Below, piece by piece: positions 36,302 through 44,985 of a stretch of 64,000 nt of DNA (the stretch's first letter is position 1; every line of letters starts with the position of its first letter). Location of the stretch: NCBI GenBank assembly GCA_964488675.1, contig CAZAWA010000001.1, forward strand, positions 9,785 to 73,784. Direction: 5' to 3'. The translations under genes were made by a program, and so were the position numbers. The notes below the pieces were generated by a model that searched no databases, was not told the DNA's origin, and saw only the letters and a list, made by a program, of their open reading frames with translations. Source of the stretch: an uncultured Oxalobacter sp. GTDB taxonomy: Bacteria; Pseudomonadota; Gammaproteobacteria; Burkholderiales; Burkholderiaceae_D.

Positions 36302-37105
36302 ATGCCTTCAGTAATCAATACCAACATCGCGTCCCTCAACTCGCAGACCGCTCTGACCAAATCGCAAAACTATTTACAAACAGCGATGGAGCGCCTGTCT
36401 TCAGGTTTGCGCATCAACAGTTCCAAAGACGATGCCGCTGGCTTGTCGATTGCGACCAAGATGAGTACCCAGATCCGCGGCATGAATGTTGCCACCCGCA
36501 ATTCCAACGATGGTGTTTCGCTGGCACAAACCGCAGACAGCGCCCTGGCGACGGCTGTGGATGCTTTGCTCCGCATGCGCGATTTGGCCGTCCAGTCTAT
36601 CAACGGCTCAAATAGCACTAACGACCGCACAAATCTTGATACGGAGTATCAGGCCCTGTCTGCTGAAATTACCCGCATCGCCTCTGCAACCAAATTCAAC
36701 GGCCTTGCGATTCTCGATGCAGATGCTGGCACCATCGCCTTCCAGGTTGGGGCCAATGTCGGTGACACGCTGGATGTAACGACCGCCGCTCTGGTGACAG
36801 TTGCTGGTGATATAACTTCGGTAACCAATTCCGAAACAGCAATCGGTGCCATTGATACCGCGCTTGATACCATCAACGGACAGCGCGCGCAGTTGGGCGC
36901 CGTGCAGAACCGTCTTGGTTATGCCATCGACAACCTGCAAACTGGAGCAACCAACCAGTCGGCGGCAAGAAGCCGAATCCTGGATACCGACTTTGCAGCG
37001 GAAACAGCCGCACTTACCCGCGGACAGATTCTGCAGCAAGCTGGCACGGCGATGTTGGCGCAGGCGAACACTCTGCCCAATACCGTTTTGACCCTGCTGA
37101 AGTAA
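36302..37105 (+). CDS. fliC: Flagellin (short, 267 aa)
   Basis: MPSVINTNIASLNSQ...LSSGLRINSSKDDAAGLSIA N-terminus and QILQQAGTAMLAQANTLPNTVLTLL C-terminus. AAGGAG RBS. Confidence 0.93.
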   Translation: MPSVINTNIASLNSQTALTKSQNYLQTAMERLSSGLRINSSKDDAAGLSIATKMSTQIRGMNVATRNSNDGVSLAQTADSALATAVDALLRMRDLAVQSINGSNSTNDRTNLDTEYQALSAEITRIASATKFNGLAILDADAGTIAFQVGANVGDTLDVTTAALVTVAGDITSVTNSETAIGAIDTALDTINGQRAQLGAVQNRLGYAIDNLQTGATNQSAARSRILDTDFAAETAALTRGQILQQAGTAMLAQANTLPNTVLTLLK

Positions 37106-37184
37106 GTAACACAGAAGGTGTGATGTAAAAAAGACTCCCCTCCCGGATTCGTTCGGGTGGGGAATCGACAATGGAGAAAACATC

Positions 37185-37559
37185 ATGGAACTCGGCCCTA
37201 TCGGCAATGTTGCTGCCACAAAAGTGCAACGAAATGTTGACAGCGTGCAGAATAATGCCGCTCCTGTCAGCGCGCCTCCCAAGCAGACAATGGTGCAAAC
37301 AGTGAATGCTGTCCAGCAGACGGCTGCGGCCCCTTCGATGGAACAGGTAAAGCAGGCGGTTGACGAAATCAACAAATCCATGCAGGCGCTATCTCGTGGC
37401 CTGGTGTTTTCTGTTGATGAGGAGAGCCACAGAACTATAGTGAAGATCGTCGATCAGCAAACCGATGAAATTGTCCGCCAGATTCCATCTGAAGAAGCCT
37501 TGGCAATCGCGAAATCGCTTGATCAGGTCGTCGGCAAGTTGATTCAGCAAAAAGCCTGA
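37185..37559 (+). CDS. flaG: FlaG family flagellar protein
   Basis: Position after fliC. C-terminal ...LVFSVDEESHRTIVKIVDQQTDEIVRQIPSEEAL pattern of FlaG. Confidence 0.8.
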   Translation: MELGPIGNVAATKVQRNVDSVQNNAAPVSAPPKQTMVQTVNAVQQTAAAPSMEQVKQAVDEINKSMQALSRGLVFSVDEESHRTIVKIVDQQTDEIVRQIPSEEALAIAKSLDQVVGKLIQQKA

Positions 37560-37688
37560 CTCATCGCCAACATTGCCATTTGCATCTGGATACATCGAAA
37601 ACTGAACGGTAAAACCCCTTCTAAAGAACAGTTTGCTCAAGCTGTTAGGCAGATATATTGAACTGGTTGTTGAGTGCAGGAGGCTTTA

Positions 37689-39689
37689 GTGGCAACGATT
37701 ACATCAACGGGCATCGGTTCCGGTCTGGATGTTGAAGCGATCATTACCAAGTTAATGGCCGTTGAGCAAAGGCCGCTGACGGCGCTACAAACGAAAGAAG
37801 CGAGCTATCAATCAAAATTAACCGCTTACGGCAGTTTGAAAAGTGCGATGTCGCAATTTCAGACTGCGATAAGCGGATTGTCCAGCGCCAGCGTATTCCA
37901 GGCTGCGAGTGCAACCATCGCCGATACGACAATTGCGTCGGCAACTGCCAACACTTCTGCCGCGCCAGGCGCCTATTCTCTTGAAGTCAGTAAATTGGCG
38001 CAGGCGCAAAAATTGGTCGCCAATGGGCTGGTTAGTGACAACACCAGTGTCGGCAATGGCGTCATAAGCATTGACTTCGGTACAATTTCCGGCGGATCCT
38101 TCAATAGCACGACTGGTCAATACACCGGAGCGAGCTTTACTTCAGCCGGTTCGTCCGTAAAAACTGTCACGATTGACAGCTCGAACAATTCCCTGTCCGG
38201 GATTCGCGATGCAATCAACAATGCCAACATTGGCATTGCCGCGTCCATCATCAACGACGGTAGCGGCACGCCCTACCGCCTGGCGCTTTCCGTCAATAAT
38301 TCCGGCAGCGCAAATAGCATGAAAATTTCTGTTTCTGGCGACGCAGCCCTGTCGTCCCTATTGGGTAACGACCCCGCAGGCGTCCAGAATCTGGCGGAAA
38401 CAACGGCCGCTCAAAATGCAGCTCTCAAAGTTAATGGGATTTCCATTAGCAAAAGCAGCAACAGCGTCAGCGATGTCATTTCCGGCGTCACGCTGAATCT
38501 GTTAAAGACCACCGCCAGCGCCACCAGCATCGCCATCGCCCGCGACACATCTTCAGTAACCACCGCCGTTAACAATTTTGTTTCAGCTTACAACACCATC
38601 AGCAAGACTTTGAAAAATGCGATGGCTTATGATGCCTCCACAAAAACTGCTGCGGAACTGAATGGCGAAGCCAGCGTGCGCTCTATCCAGTCGCAAATCA
38701 GGAGCGTGCTCAGAACGCCTGTGTCCGGTGACGCAGGCGGTTATTCAATGCTGTCGGATGTTGGCCTGACCATGCAGAAGGACGGAACACTGTCCGTCAA
38801 CAGCGCCAAACTGGCAACTGCACTGAGTACCCATTTTGGTGATTTTGCAGCGCTTTTCGCAACCGCTGGCAAAACAAGCGACAGCCTAGTTACCTACACC
38901 GGCGCCTCCAGCAAAACACAGGCTGGAACATATGCAGTGACCATCTCGCAAATGGCTACCCAAGGGGCTGTTACCGGATCGGGCGCCGCAGGATTGAACA
39001 TAACGACAGGTCTCAACGATACGATCAATGTGCAGCTTGACGGCACAACGGCAACGGTTACTTTGGCGCAAGGCAACTACACTGCGACTTCTCTGGCGGC
39101 TGAAATACAATCTAAGGTTAACAGCGCCTCTGTTTTTTCAAATCTGGGATCAGCCGTCAGGGTTACTGAATCCTCCGGCATCCTGACGATCACCTCAAAT
39201 CTCTACGGCTCCTCATCAAAAGTCAGCATCACTGGCGGTAATGCCAAAGTCTATTTGCAATTGGGGCTTGGCATTTCGGGGCTGAATGTGGCTGGCACCA
39301 TTAACGGCGTCGCGGCAACCGGCTCCGGACAAACGCTTTCTGGCGCCAACGGAGACGACTCGGAAGGCCTCAGGCTGACAATCACCGGGGGCGGTCTTGG
39401 TTCACGAGGATCTGTCAGTTATTCCCAAGGATTTGCCTATCGTTTAAACGAGTTAACGGGGATCCTGCTCGGCGAAGACGGCCCCATCAGTTCACGCACC
39501 GAAGGTCTCACGGCCATCATCAAGAGGCTGGAGAATGAGCAAACGCGAATGGGCACCCGGATGACGGCTATTGAAAAACAATATCGCACCCAATTCACGG
39601 CGCTGGATGTCCTTATAAGCAACCTTAACACCACCAGTACATTTTTGACGCAGCAACTCGAGGCGCTCTCTAATTCGACCAAAAGCTAA
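37689..39689 (+). CDS. fliD: Flagellar filament cap protein FliD (HAP2)
   Basis: ATITSTGIGSGLDVEAIITKLMAVEQRPL N-terminus and a C-terminal ...QFTALDVLISNLNTTSTFLTQQL heptads. GTG 37689 lies 5 nt after GCAGGAGG. Confidence 0.9.
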   Translation: MATITSTGIGSGLDVEAIITKLMAVEQRPLTALQTKEASYQSKLTAYGSLKSAMSQFQTAISGLSSASVFQAASATIADTTIASATANTSAAPGAYSLEVSKLAQAQKLVANGLVSDNTSVGNGVISIDFGTISGGSFNSTTGQYTGASFTSAGSSVKTVTIDSSNNSLSGIRDAINNANIGIAASIINDGSGTPYRLALSVNNSGSANSMKISVSGDAALSSLLGNDPAGVQNLAETTAAQNAALKVNGISISKSSNSVSDVISGVTLNLLKTTASATSIAIARDTSSVTTAVNNFVSAYNTISKTLKNAMAYDASTKTAAELNGEASVRSIQSQIRSVLRTPVSGDAGGYSMLSDVGLTMQKDGTLSVNSAKLATALSTHFGDFAALFATAGKTSDSLVTYTGASSKTQAGTYAVTISQMATQGAVTGSGAAGLNITTGLNDTINVQLDGTTATVTLAQGNYTATSLAAEIQSKVNSASVFSNLGSAVRVTESSGILTITSNLYGSSSKVSITGGNAKVYLQLGLGISGLNVAGTINGVAATGSGQTLSGANGDDSEGLRLTITGGGLGSRGSVSYSQGFAYRLNELTGILLGEDGPISSRTEGLTAIIKRLENEQTRMGTRMTAIEKQYRTQFTALDVLISNLNTTSTFLTQQLEALSNSTKS

Positions 39690-39708
39690 CCAAAAGAGGT
39701 AAAAACCC

Positions 39709-40191
39709 ATGTTCGGATCAGCTCCATACGGCGCGAGCGCCTATAGCAAAGTCGGGCTCGAGACTGACATTGCGTCTGCCAGCCCCCACAAGCTCATCAT
39801 TTTGCTGTTTGAGGGCGCGACAGTCGCTGTGTCCAACGCACTGCAAAACATGAAATCAGGAAATGTCGCGGAAAAAGGCAAGTTCATTTCGAAATCCATC
39901 CTCATCATTGAGAGCGGACTTCGTAGCAGTCTGGACAAAGAGGCCGGTGGTGAAATTGCCAGCAATCTTGACTCGCTTTATGACTACATGAGCAAACGAC
40001 TACTCCAAGCCAACCTGAACAACCAACCAGAATTACTTGAGGAAGTTCAAAGTCTGCTGCTTGAGTTAAAAGGCGCATGGGAGGCCATTGCCGATAAATC
40101 CAATTCTTCACCAAAAACCTCTTCGTTCCCGCAGTCAGCGCTTGTCATTGATCCCTTGGCGCCGCGCATGTCCAGTTTGGTAAAGGCTTAA
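39709..40191 (+). CDS. fliS: Flagellin-specific chaperone FliS
   Basis: ...ASASPHKLIILLFEGA...LDSLYDYM pattern. Position after fliD. Confidence 0.88.
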   Translation: MFGSAPYGASAYSKVGLETDIASASPHKLIILLFEGATVAVSNALQNMKSGNVAEKGKFISKSILIIESGLRSSLDKEAGGEIASNLDSLYDYMSKRLLQANLNNQPELLEEVQSLLLELKGAWEAIADKSNSSPKTSSFPQSALVIDPLAPRMSSLVKA

Positions 40192-40197
40192 TCGTTC

Positions 40198-40533
40198 ATG
40201 GATAATCAGACAATCCTCTCAATTTATGAAGAAGTATCTGTCATCACGGAGCAGATGTTGCTGGCTGCACAAAACAATGACTGGGATTCGTTAATAGCGC
40301 TAGAAATGCGTTGCGCAAGCCATATCAATGTTCTCGAAAGAGATGATCAGCGCATTCCACCCTCTGATGCAATCCGCGAGAAAAAAATCAGTCTCATCAA
40401 AAAAATCCTGGCGGATGATCATGAAATTCGCGCCCTCACAGAGCCGAGACTGGCGCAGCTTTCTGCGTTGATTTCAAACGCACATACGGCACGCACTTTA
40501 CAAGATACATACCGCCCAAATAGCACCAGCTAA
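40198..40533 (+). CDS. fliT: Probable FliT (FliD chaperone)
   Basis: 111-aa helical protein right after fliS. ...LLAAQNNDWDSLIALEMRC... resembles FliT. The call rests mainly on position. Confidence 0.6.
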   Translation: MDNQTILSIYEEVSVITEQMLLAAQNNDWDSLIALEMRCASHINVLERDDQRIPPSDAIREKKISLIKKILADDHEIRALTEPRLAQLSALISNAHTARTLQDTYRPNSTS

Positions 40534-40538
40534 TCGTC

Positions 40539-41720
40539 ATGTTAAGGACCGATGTTACCGGCACCCGGCCCGTCGTCCAGACTGACGCTACCACTACAAT
40601 TACATCAGTCACAAGTGCCAGTCAGGAAGCGCTTAACCGACTGACACTGATTTCAGTCGGCAAGCAGTTTCAGGCGCAAATCATGTCGCGCCTCAACGAC
40701 GGCACATTTCTGGTTCGTATCGCCGACACGACCGCTCGCATGGCATTACCTGACACGGCCAAAGCGGGTGACACCATCATGCTCACTTTGCTATCACCAA
40801 GCCCACGCCCAACTTTCATTCTGGGAGAACGGGCAGGCGCATCGGAGCAACCTGTCGCCAACCTCCTTCAAGATACAACATCAACCTCACAGGTCGGAAA
40901 AACTGTAGTGGTCACAGATAGACCTCAGCTATCCGTTCCTCCAGAGCTGATTCCAAGTAGCACAACCGCATCATTCAGTCCTGCTGGCCGCTTGGTAGAC
41001 AACCTGTTGCACGCGGTTCAGCTCAATGGTGCTCCAACGAAAATTCTCGGCCAGACACCTGTCGTCGCTTCACCCAATGTAGAGACGGCCACTCTGGCAA
41101 AATCACTGCACAACGCTCTCGAATTCAGCGGCGTGTTTTATGAATCGCATCTCGCGCAGTGGGCAAACGGCAACCGGAAAATCGAGAATCTGATGCGAGA
41201 ACCACAAGCGCATGCAGGCGGCACCGCCAACTCCTCCGCTGCCACGATCGGTTCAAGAGGCGAGACCTCCCTCATAGACATGATGCGTGCACTTGAAACC
41301 GCACAACAAACACAGATGGGTGCTGCCGAGAACCAACTGCAAACGGCCGCGTTAAACAACGAGACCGCCCGCCTAATCGGACTGCAACTGGGTGTACTTG
41401 AACAGCGACGCATCACATGGCAGGGAGAGCTCTGGCCAGGACAAAAGTTCGAATGGGAAGTGTCCGAAGAAACCCCCCGTCATGAATCGTCTGAGCAGGT
41501 ACAGTCGTGGCGCAGCACCGTTCGTTTTGAAATGCCAACGCTTGGCGCTATCTCCGCATCCATACACCTGACCAACGGCCATCTCCAGATGCATATCGGT
41601 ACATCTCGCGAGGACGCAGCGTCAATCTTGCGTGCGCATGGCAATAAATTGGCCTCGGCTCTTGAAGCTGCTGGCTCACCGCTTGATTTGCTGACGGTAA
41701 AACGACATGAATCCGCCTAA
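40539..41720 (+). CDS. FliK-like protein (Flg_hook C-terminal domain), second paralogue
   Basis: C-terminal ...WQGELWPGQKFEWEV...VRFEMPTLGAISASIHLTNGHLQMHIGTSREDAASILRAHGNKLASALEAAG parallels the FliK C-terminus at 48511-49752 (LTLNPPDLGPLQVVLSV...ANASFYAAQPEVRHALEAALPKLREMLADAG). Confidence 0.65.
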   Translation: MLRTDVTGTRPVVQTDATTTITSVTSASQEALNRLTLISVGKQFQAQIMSRLNDGTFLVRIADTTARMALPDTAKAGDTIMLTLLSPSPRPTFILGERAGASEQPVANLLQDTTSTSQVGKTVVVTDRPQLSVPPELIPSSTTASFSPAGRLVDNLLHAVQLNGAPTKILGQTPVVASPNVETATLAKSLHNALEFSGVFYESHLAQWANGNRKIENLMREPQAHAGGTANSSAATIGSRGETSLIDMMRALETAQQTQMGAAENQLQTAALNNETARLIGLQLGVLEQRRITWQGELWPGQKFEWEVSEETPRHESSEQVQSWRSTVRFEMPTLGAISASIHLTNGHLQMHIGTSREDAASILRAHGNKLASALEAAGSPLDLLTVKRHESA

Positions 41721-41991
41721 TACACCGATTAACGCAGTAGCGCTTGCATACCGCAGCGGCGACGCCGCACCAAAGGTTGTGGCAAAGGGGCGAGGTCTTA
41801 TTGCAGAAGAAATCATCGCCCGCGCCAAGGAGCATGGCGTGTTCGTCCATGAGTCAAAAGAGTTGGTTGCACTATTGATGCAAGTAGAGCTGGATGGAAA
41901 TATTCCACCCGCCTTGTATCGCGCAGTAGCAGAATTACTGGCTTGGATATATCATATTGAAAATGCTAAATCGCTGGTTGGCAGAACCTAG
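41707..41991 (+). CDS. FlhB C-terminal (CC subdomain)-like small protein (FhlB/YlqH-type)
   Basis: NAVALAYRSGDAAPKVVAKGRGLIAEEIIARAKEHGVFVHE...IPPALYRAVAELLAWIY matches the post-NPTH part of FlhB (AVAL.Y....APKVVAKG.G..A..I......IP..LY.AVAE.LAW). 14-nt overlap with the preceding gene. Confidence 0.8.
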   Translation: MNPPNTPINAVALAYRSGDAAPKVVAKGRGLIAEEIIARAKEHGVFVHESKELVALLMQVELDGNIPPALYRAVAELLAWIYHIENAKSLVGRT

Positions 41992-42020
41992 CCAAGAGCA
42001 AACTCTAACACTAAACGCCC

Positions 42021-42764
42021 ATGAGCTTTATTCGTCAAATCGGCATCGAGGATCTCGGCCCCTATCAGGTATACTCGCGCCGCGAAATTATCATGCTTCT
42101 GCGAGGTATCATGGAGACAAACCAACTGCTTCGCATGACCTACAACGATGGGTCGGAGGCGATCGTAACCTCCTTGCTGGATGTGGAGGATGACAGGAGT
42201 TGGGTCATCGTAGATTGCGCCCAAAGCGAAAAGCAGAACCAGCAGATCGTCAACTGCAACAACATCTCCTTTGAAACCACGCTGGATCGGATTCGCATCA
42301 TCTTTTTCACGACACGAATCGATCACTGCCTGCACGAAGGCAAGCCAGCGTTTCGCTTCGCTTTGCCTGCAAGCCTGATCCGTTTGCAGCGCCGTGAGTT
42401 TTACCGTATTCGCACACCGCGCACGCCGGTTCACATCCCGGTTGAGACGGATGAAGGCGTGGTCGAAGTCAAGACCTACCTGCATGATCTTAGTGCAGGC
42501 GGCATCGGATTGCTGGATGAAAAATTGAGAGTGGACAATACTATCGGGCGCATTTACGATAATTGCCGTATCACCCTCGCCGACAAAACGGTCATTATTG
42601 CATCACTACAAATCAGAAATTCGATGGACAACACCAATGCCGGAGGCAAAATCGTCCGTCGCCTGGGTTGTCAATTCATCGGGCTACCAAACAAAACGCT
42701 GATGTCACTGCAACGCTTCATTACGAGGATCGAGCGCGAACAGAACGCCAAGGCGATTACCTGA
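42021..42764 (+). CDS. ycgR: Flagellar brake protein YcgR (YcgR-N plus PilZ c-di-GMP receptor)
   Basis: PilZ motifs QRREFYRIR (RxxxR) and DLSAGGIGL (D/NxSxxG). N-terminal YcgR-type domain. Confidence 0.85.
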   Translation: MSFIRQIGIEDLGPYQVYSRREIIMLLRGIMETNQLLRMTYNDGSEAIVTSLLDVEDDRSWVIVDCAQSEKQNQQIVNCNNISFETTLDRIRIIFFTTRIDHCLHEGKPAFRFALPASLIRLQRREFYRIRTPRTPVHIPVETDEGVVEVKTYLHDLSAGGIGLLDEKLRVDNTIGRIYDNCRITLADKTVIIASLQIRNSMDNTNAGGKIVRRLGCQFIGLPNKTLMSLQRFITRIEREQNAKAIT

Positions 42765-42776
42765 CCCTTTTAATCC

Positions 42777-43112
42777 TCAAACAGACATATTCATGATGTC
42801 TTGATAGGCGCTGACCAACTTGTTGCGGACCTGCACGGTTGCCTGAAACGATATGTTTGCCTTCTGCATTGATATCATCACATCTGAAAGATTGACACTG
42901 TCATCACCCTCGACAAACCTTTGACCCAGCTGATCCGCTTTTGTTTGCATATTGTTAACTTTATCGAGCGATGTCTTCAGAGCATTTGCAAAGTCGGATT
43001 TCTCTGCCGTCTGTCCTGCCCTGAATGGACTGACACCTCCCTGAAGCCTGGCTTCTGCTGCCTTAAGTTGCGCCACCATCGCATCAATTCTGCTTGTATC
43101 AATCACTGACAT
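42777..43112 (-). CDS. fliE: Flagellar hook-basal body protein FliE
   Basis: ...FANALKTSLDKVNNMQ...LSDVMISMQKANISFQATVQVRNKLVSAYQDIMNM. The internal ATG at 43112 is preceded by GGAGGAAG. Confidence 0.9.
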   Translation of the reverse strand: MSVIDTSRIDAMVAQLKAAEARLQGGVSPFRAGQTAEKSDFANALKTSLDKVNNMQTKADQLGQRFVEGDDSVNLSDVMISMQKANISFQATVQVRNKLVSAYQDIMNMSV

Positions 43113-43335
43113 GCTTCCTCCCGACCGGTTTGTCACTTTTGGGGCGATCTGCTTTATCGTCCCAGCCACGGTTTCAAGTTATCATGCCGCCCCAATGACA
43201 ACTCATAGATCAGCGGCCGAAAAATATCTCTATTCAAGCGATTGAAATTGACATGTGCGTTGACAATAGTTAACAGGGCAATTCCCCATTTCGGTCAACA
43301 ATCCAGTTACCCGTAAAGAACCGGAGAAATATCAC

Positions 43336-44985
43336 ATGGCAACAGCAAGCGAACGGTCAGCGACTCCGAGCATTGCCGATCTTGCGCAAACCCCGATGGT
43401 GCGCAACCTATTTCTATTGCTAGGCGCAGCGGTCATTATTGCCATCATGGCAGGCGTCTGGATGTGGGCCCAGAAACCAGATTACCGCGTGGTCCTTTCC
43501 AATTACTCAGACAAGGACGGTGGCGCAATTGTTGCCGCGCTGCAGCAAATGAATGTTCCATATAAAATTTCCGAGGGCGGTACGGCTATCTTGGTGCCAT
43601 CAGGCCAGGTGCACGATGTTCGCTTGAGACTCGCCTCGCAAGGCCTTCCTAAAGGCAGCGGTGTCGGCTTTGAGTTGATGGAATCACAAAAGCTTGGTGT
43701 GTCTCAGTTTCTGGAGCAGGTAAATTTTCAGCGCGCGCTTGAGGGCGAAATGGCGCGCTCGATCCAGTCCATCGCCGCCGTGCAGACGGCACGCGTGCAT
43801 CTCGCCATGCACAAAGCATCCGTTTTCGTGCGTGATCAGCAAAAGCCAACAGCGTCTGTACTGCTCAATTTGCATCCAGGACGCTCACTTGATCAGCATC
43901 AGGTCAACGCCGTCGTCCACATGGTAGCCAGCAGTGTGCCAGGATTGCTGGCATCAAATGTGACCGTCGTTGACCAACACGGCCATTTACTTTCAGGCTC
44001 TGACAAACCTCTTGATGCCAAAGGCTTAGATCCGGCCCAGATCAAGTACATCCAGGAATACCAGCGAAACATCGTCAAGCGCGTCGAATCCATCATCACG
44101 CCAATAGTCGGCATCAGTAATGTACGCGCTGAAGCCACGGCAGAGATTGACTTCTCTCACAGCGAGCAGGCCGCTGAAACTTTCAAACCCAATCAACCGC
44201 CCAATCAACCCTCGGTTCGCAGCCAGCAAAGTTCTGAAAGACAAACCCTGAGCGCTAGCGGCGAATCAGCTGGTGTTCCTGGTGCGCTTTCCAACCAGCC
44301 ACCCGTGCCAGCCACTGCGCCCCTCACCACACCACCCGTCACGCCTGCAACTGCCGCAGCCACAAGGCCGGGTGCTGCAAAGCCGACGCAACCTCTCAAC
44401 GCCCAGAAGGATACGACTACCAATTTCGAAGTCGACAAAACCATCCGCTATACCCAGCAACCAATGGGTGGCCTGAAGCGTCTTTCTGTAGCCGTAGTGG
44501 TCAACTACAAAAAGGAAATCAAAGATGGTAAGACAAGCCTCGCGCCGCTAAGCGATGCAGAGAAGGCGCAAATATCCGATCTCGTCAAGGAGGCGATGGG
44601 ATTCAACAAGGACAGGGGTGACACCCTCAATGTCGTGAACACGCCTTTCGCTGTAGCAGAGAAGGAAACCATAGTCGAACCTCCGATGTGGAAGCGGCCT
44701 GAAGTGCATTCCATGGCAATAACAGCCGGCAAGTACCTGCTGGGCGGCGCGGTTATACTGTATCTGTTCTTTGCCGTCCTCAGGCCCATGATGAGGAAGA
44801 TTGCCAGCAGCCTGCAAGCACAATCTGCTCCCTTCAGACGCGAGGTTGAAATGCCAATCTCTGGTGAGTTTTCAAGCGGCCCTCGCGGATACCAGCAAAA
44901 TCTCGACACGGCAAAGCAACTGGCTAGACAAGACCCGAAAATAGTGGCCAATGTAGTGAAGGGGTGGGTGGGGACAAATGAGTGA
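43336..44985 (+). CDS. fliF: Flagellar MS-ring protein FliF
   Basis: N-terminal TM, then YRVVLSNYSDKDGGAIVAALQQMNVPYKI...GLPKGSGVGFEL..., a Pro/Thr-rich linker and a second TM. Confidence 0.93.
   Translation: MATASERSATPSIADLAQTPMVRNLFLLLGAAVIIAIMAGVWMWAQKPDYRVVLSNYSDKDGGAIVAALQQMNVPYKISEGGTAILVPSGQVHDVRLRLASQGLPKGSGVGFELMESQKLGVSQFLEQVNFQRALEGEMARSIQSIAAVQTARVHLAMHKASVFVRDQQKPTASVLLNLHPGRSLDQHQVNAVVHMVASSVPGLLASNVTVVDQHGHLLSGSDKPLDAKGLDPAQIKYIQEYQRNIVKRVESIITPIVGISNVRAEATAEIDFSHSEQAAETFKPNQPPNQPSVRSQQSSERQTLSASGESAGVPGALSNQPPVPATAPLTTPPVTPATAAATRPGAAKPTQPLNAQKDTTTNFEVDKTIRYTQQPMGGLKRLSVAVVVNYKKEIKDGKTSLAPLSDAEKAQISDLVKEAMGFNKDRGDTLNVVNTPFAVAEKETIVEPPMWKRPEVHSMAITAGKYLLGGAVILYLFFAVLRPMMRKIASSLQAQSAPFRREVEMPISGEFSSGPRGYQQNLDTAKQLARQDPKIVANVVKGWVGTNE

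Noticed and set aside
37137-37162. Stem-loop cccctcccg...cgggtgggg after fliC, as a possible terminator
   Set aside because: It has one internal U-U mismatch and no downstream T-run, and flaG follows 23 nt later. It could be a processing or stability element, but a terminator call is not supported.
37622-37648. Possible sigma-28 promoter before fliD (TAAAGAAC-N11-GCTGTTAG)
   Set aside because: Only 5 of 8 bases match in each of the -35 and -10 elements. I cannot distinguish this from chance without a scoring matrix.
43242-43265. Three -35-like hexamers (TTGAAA, TTGACA, TTGACA) at 6- and 12-nt spacing in the fliE/fliF divergent region
   Set aside because: No acceptable -10 hexamer lies 16-18 nt downstream of any of them. 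They may be activator sites (FlhDC-type), but I cannot support that from sequence alone.
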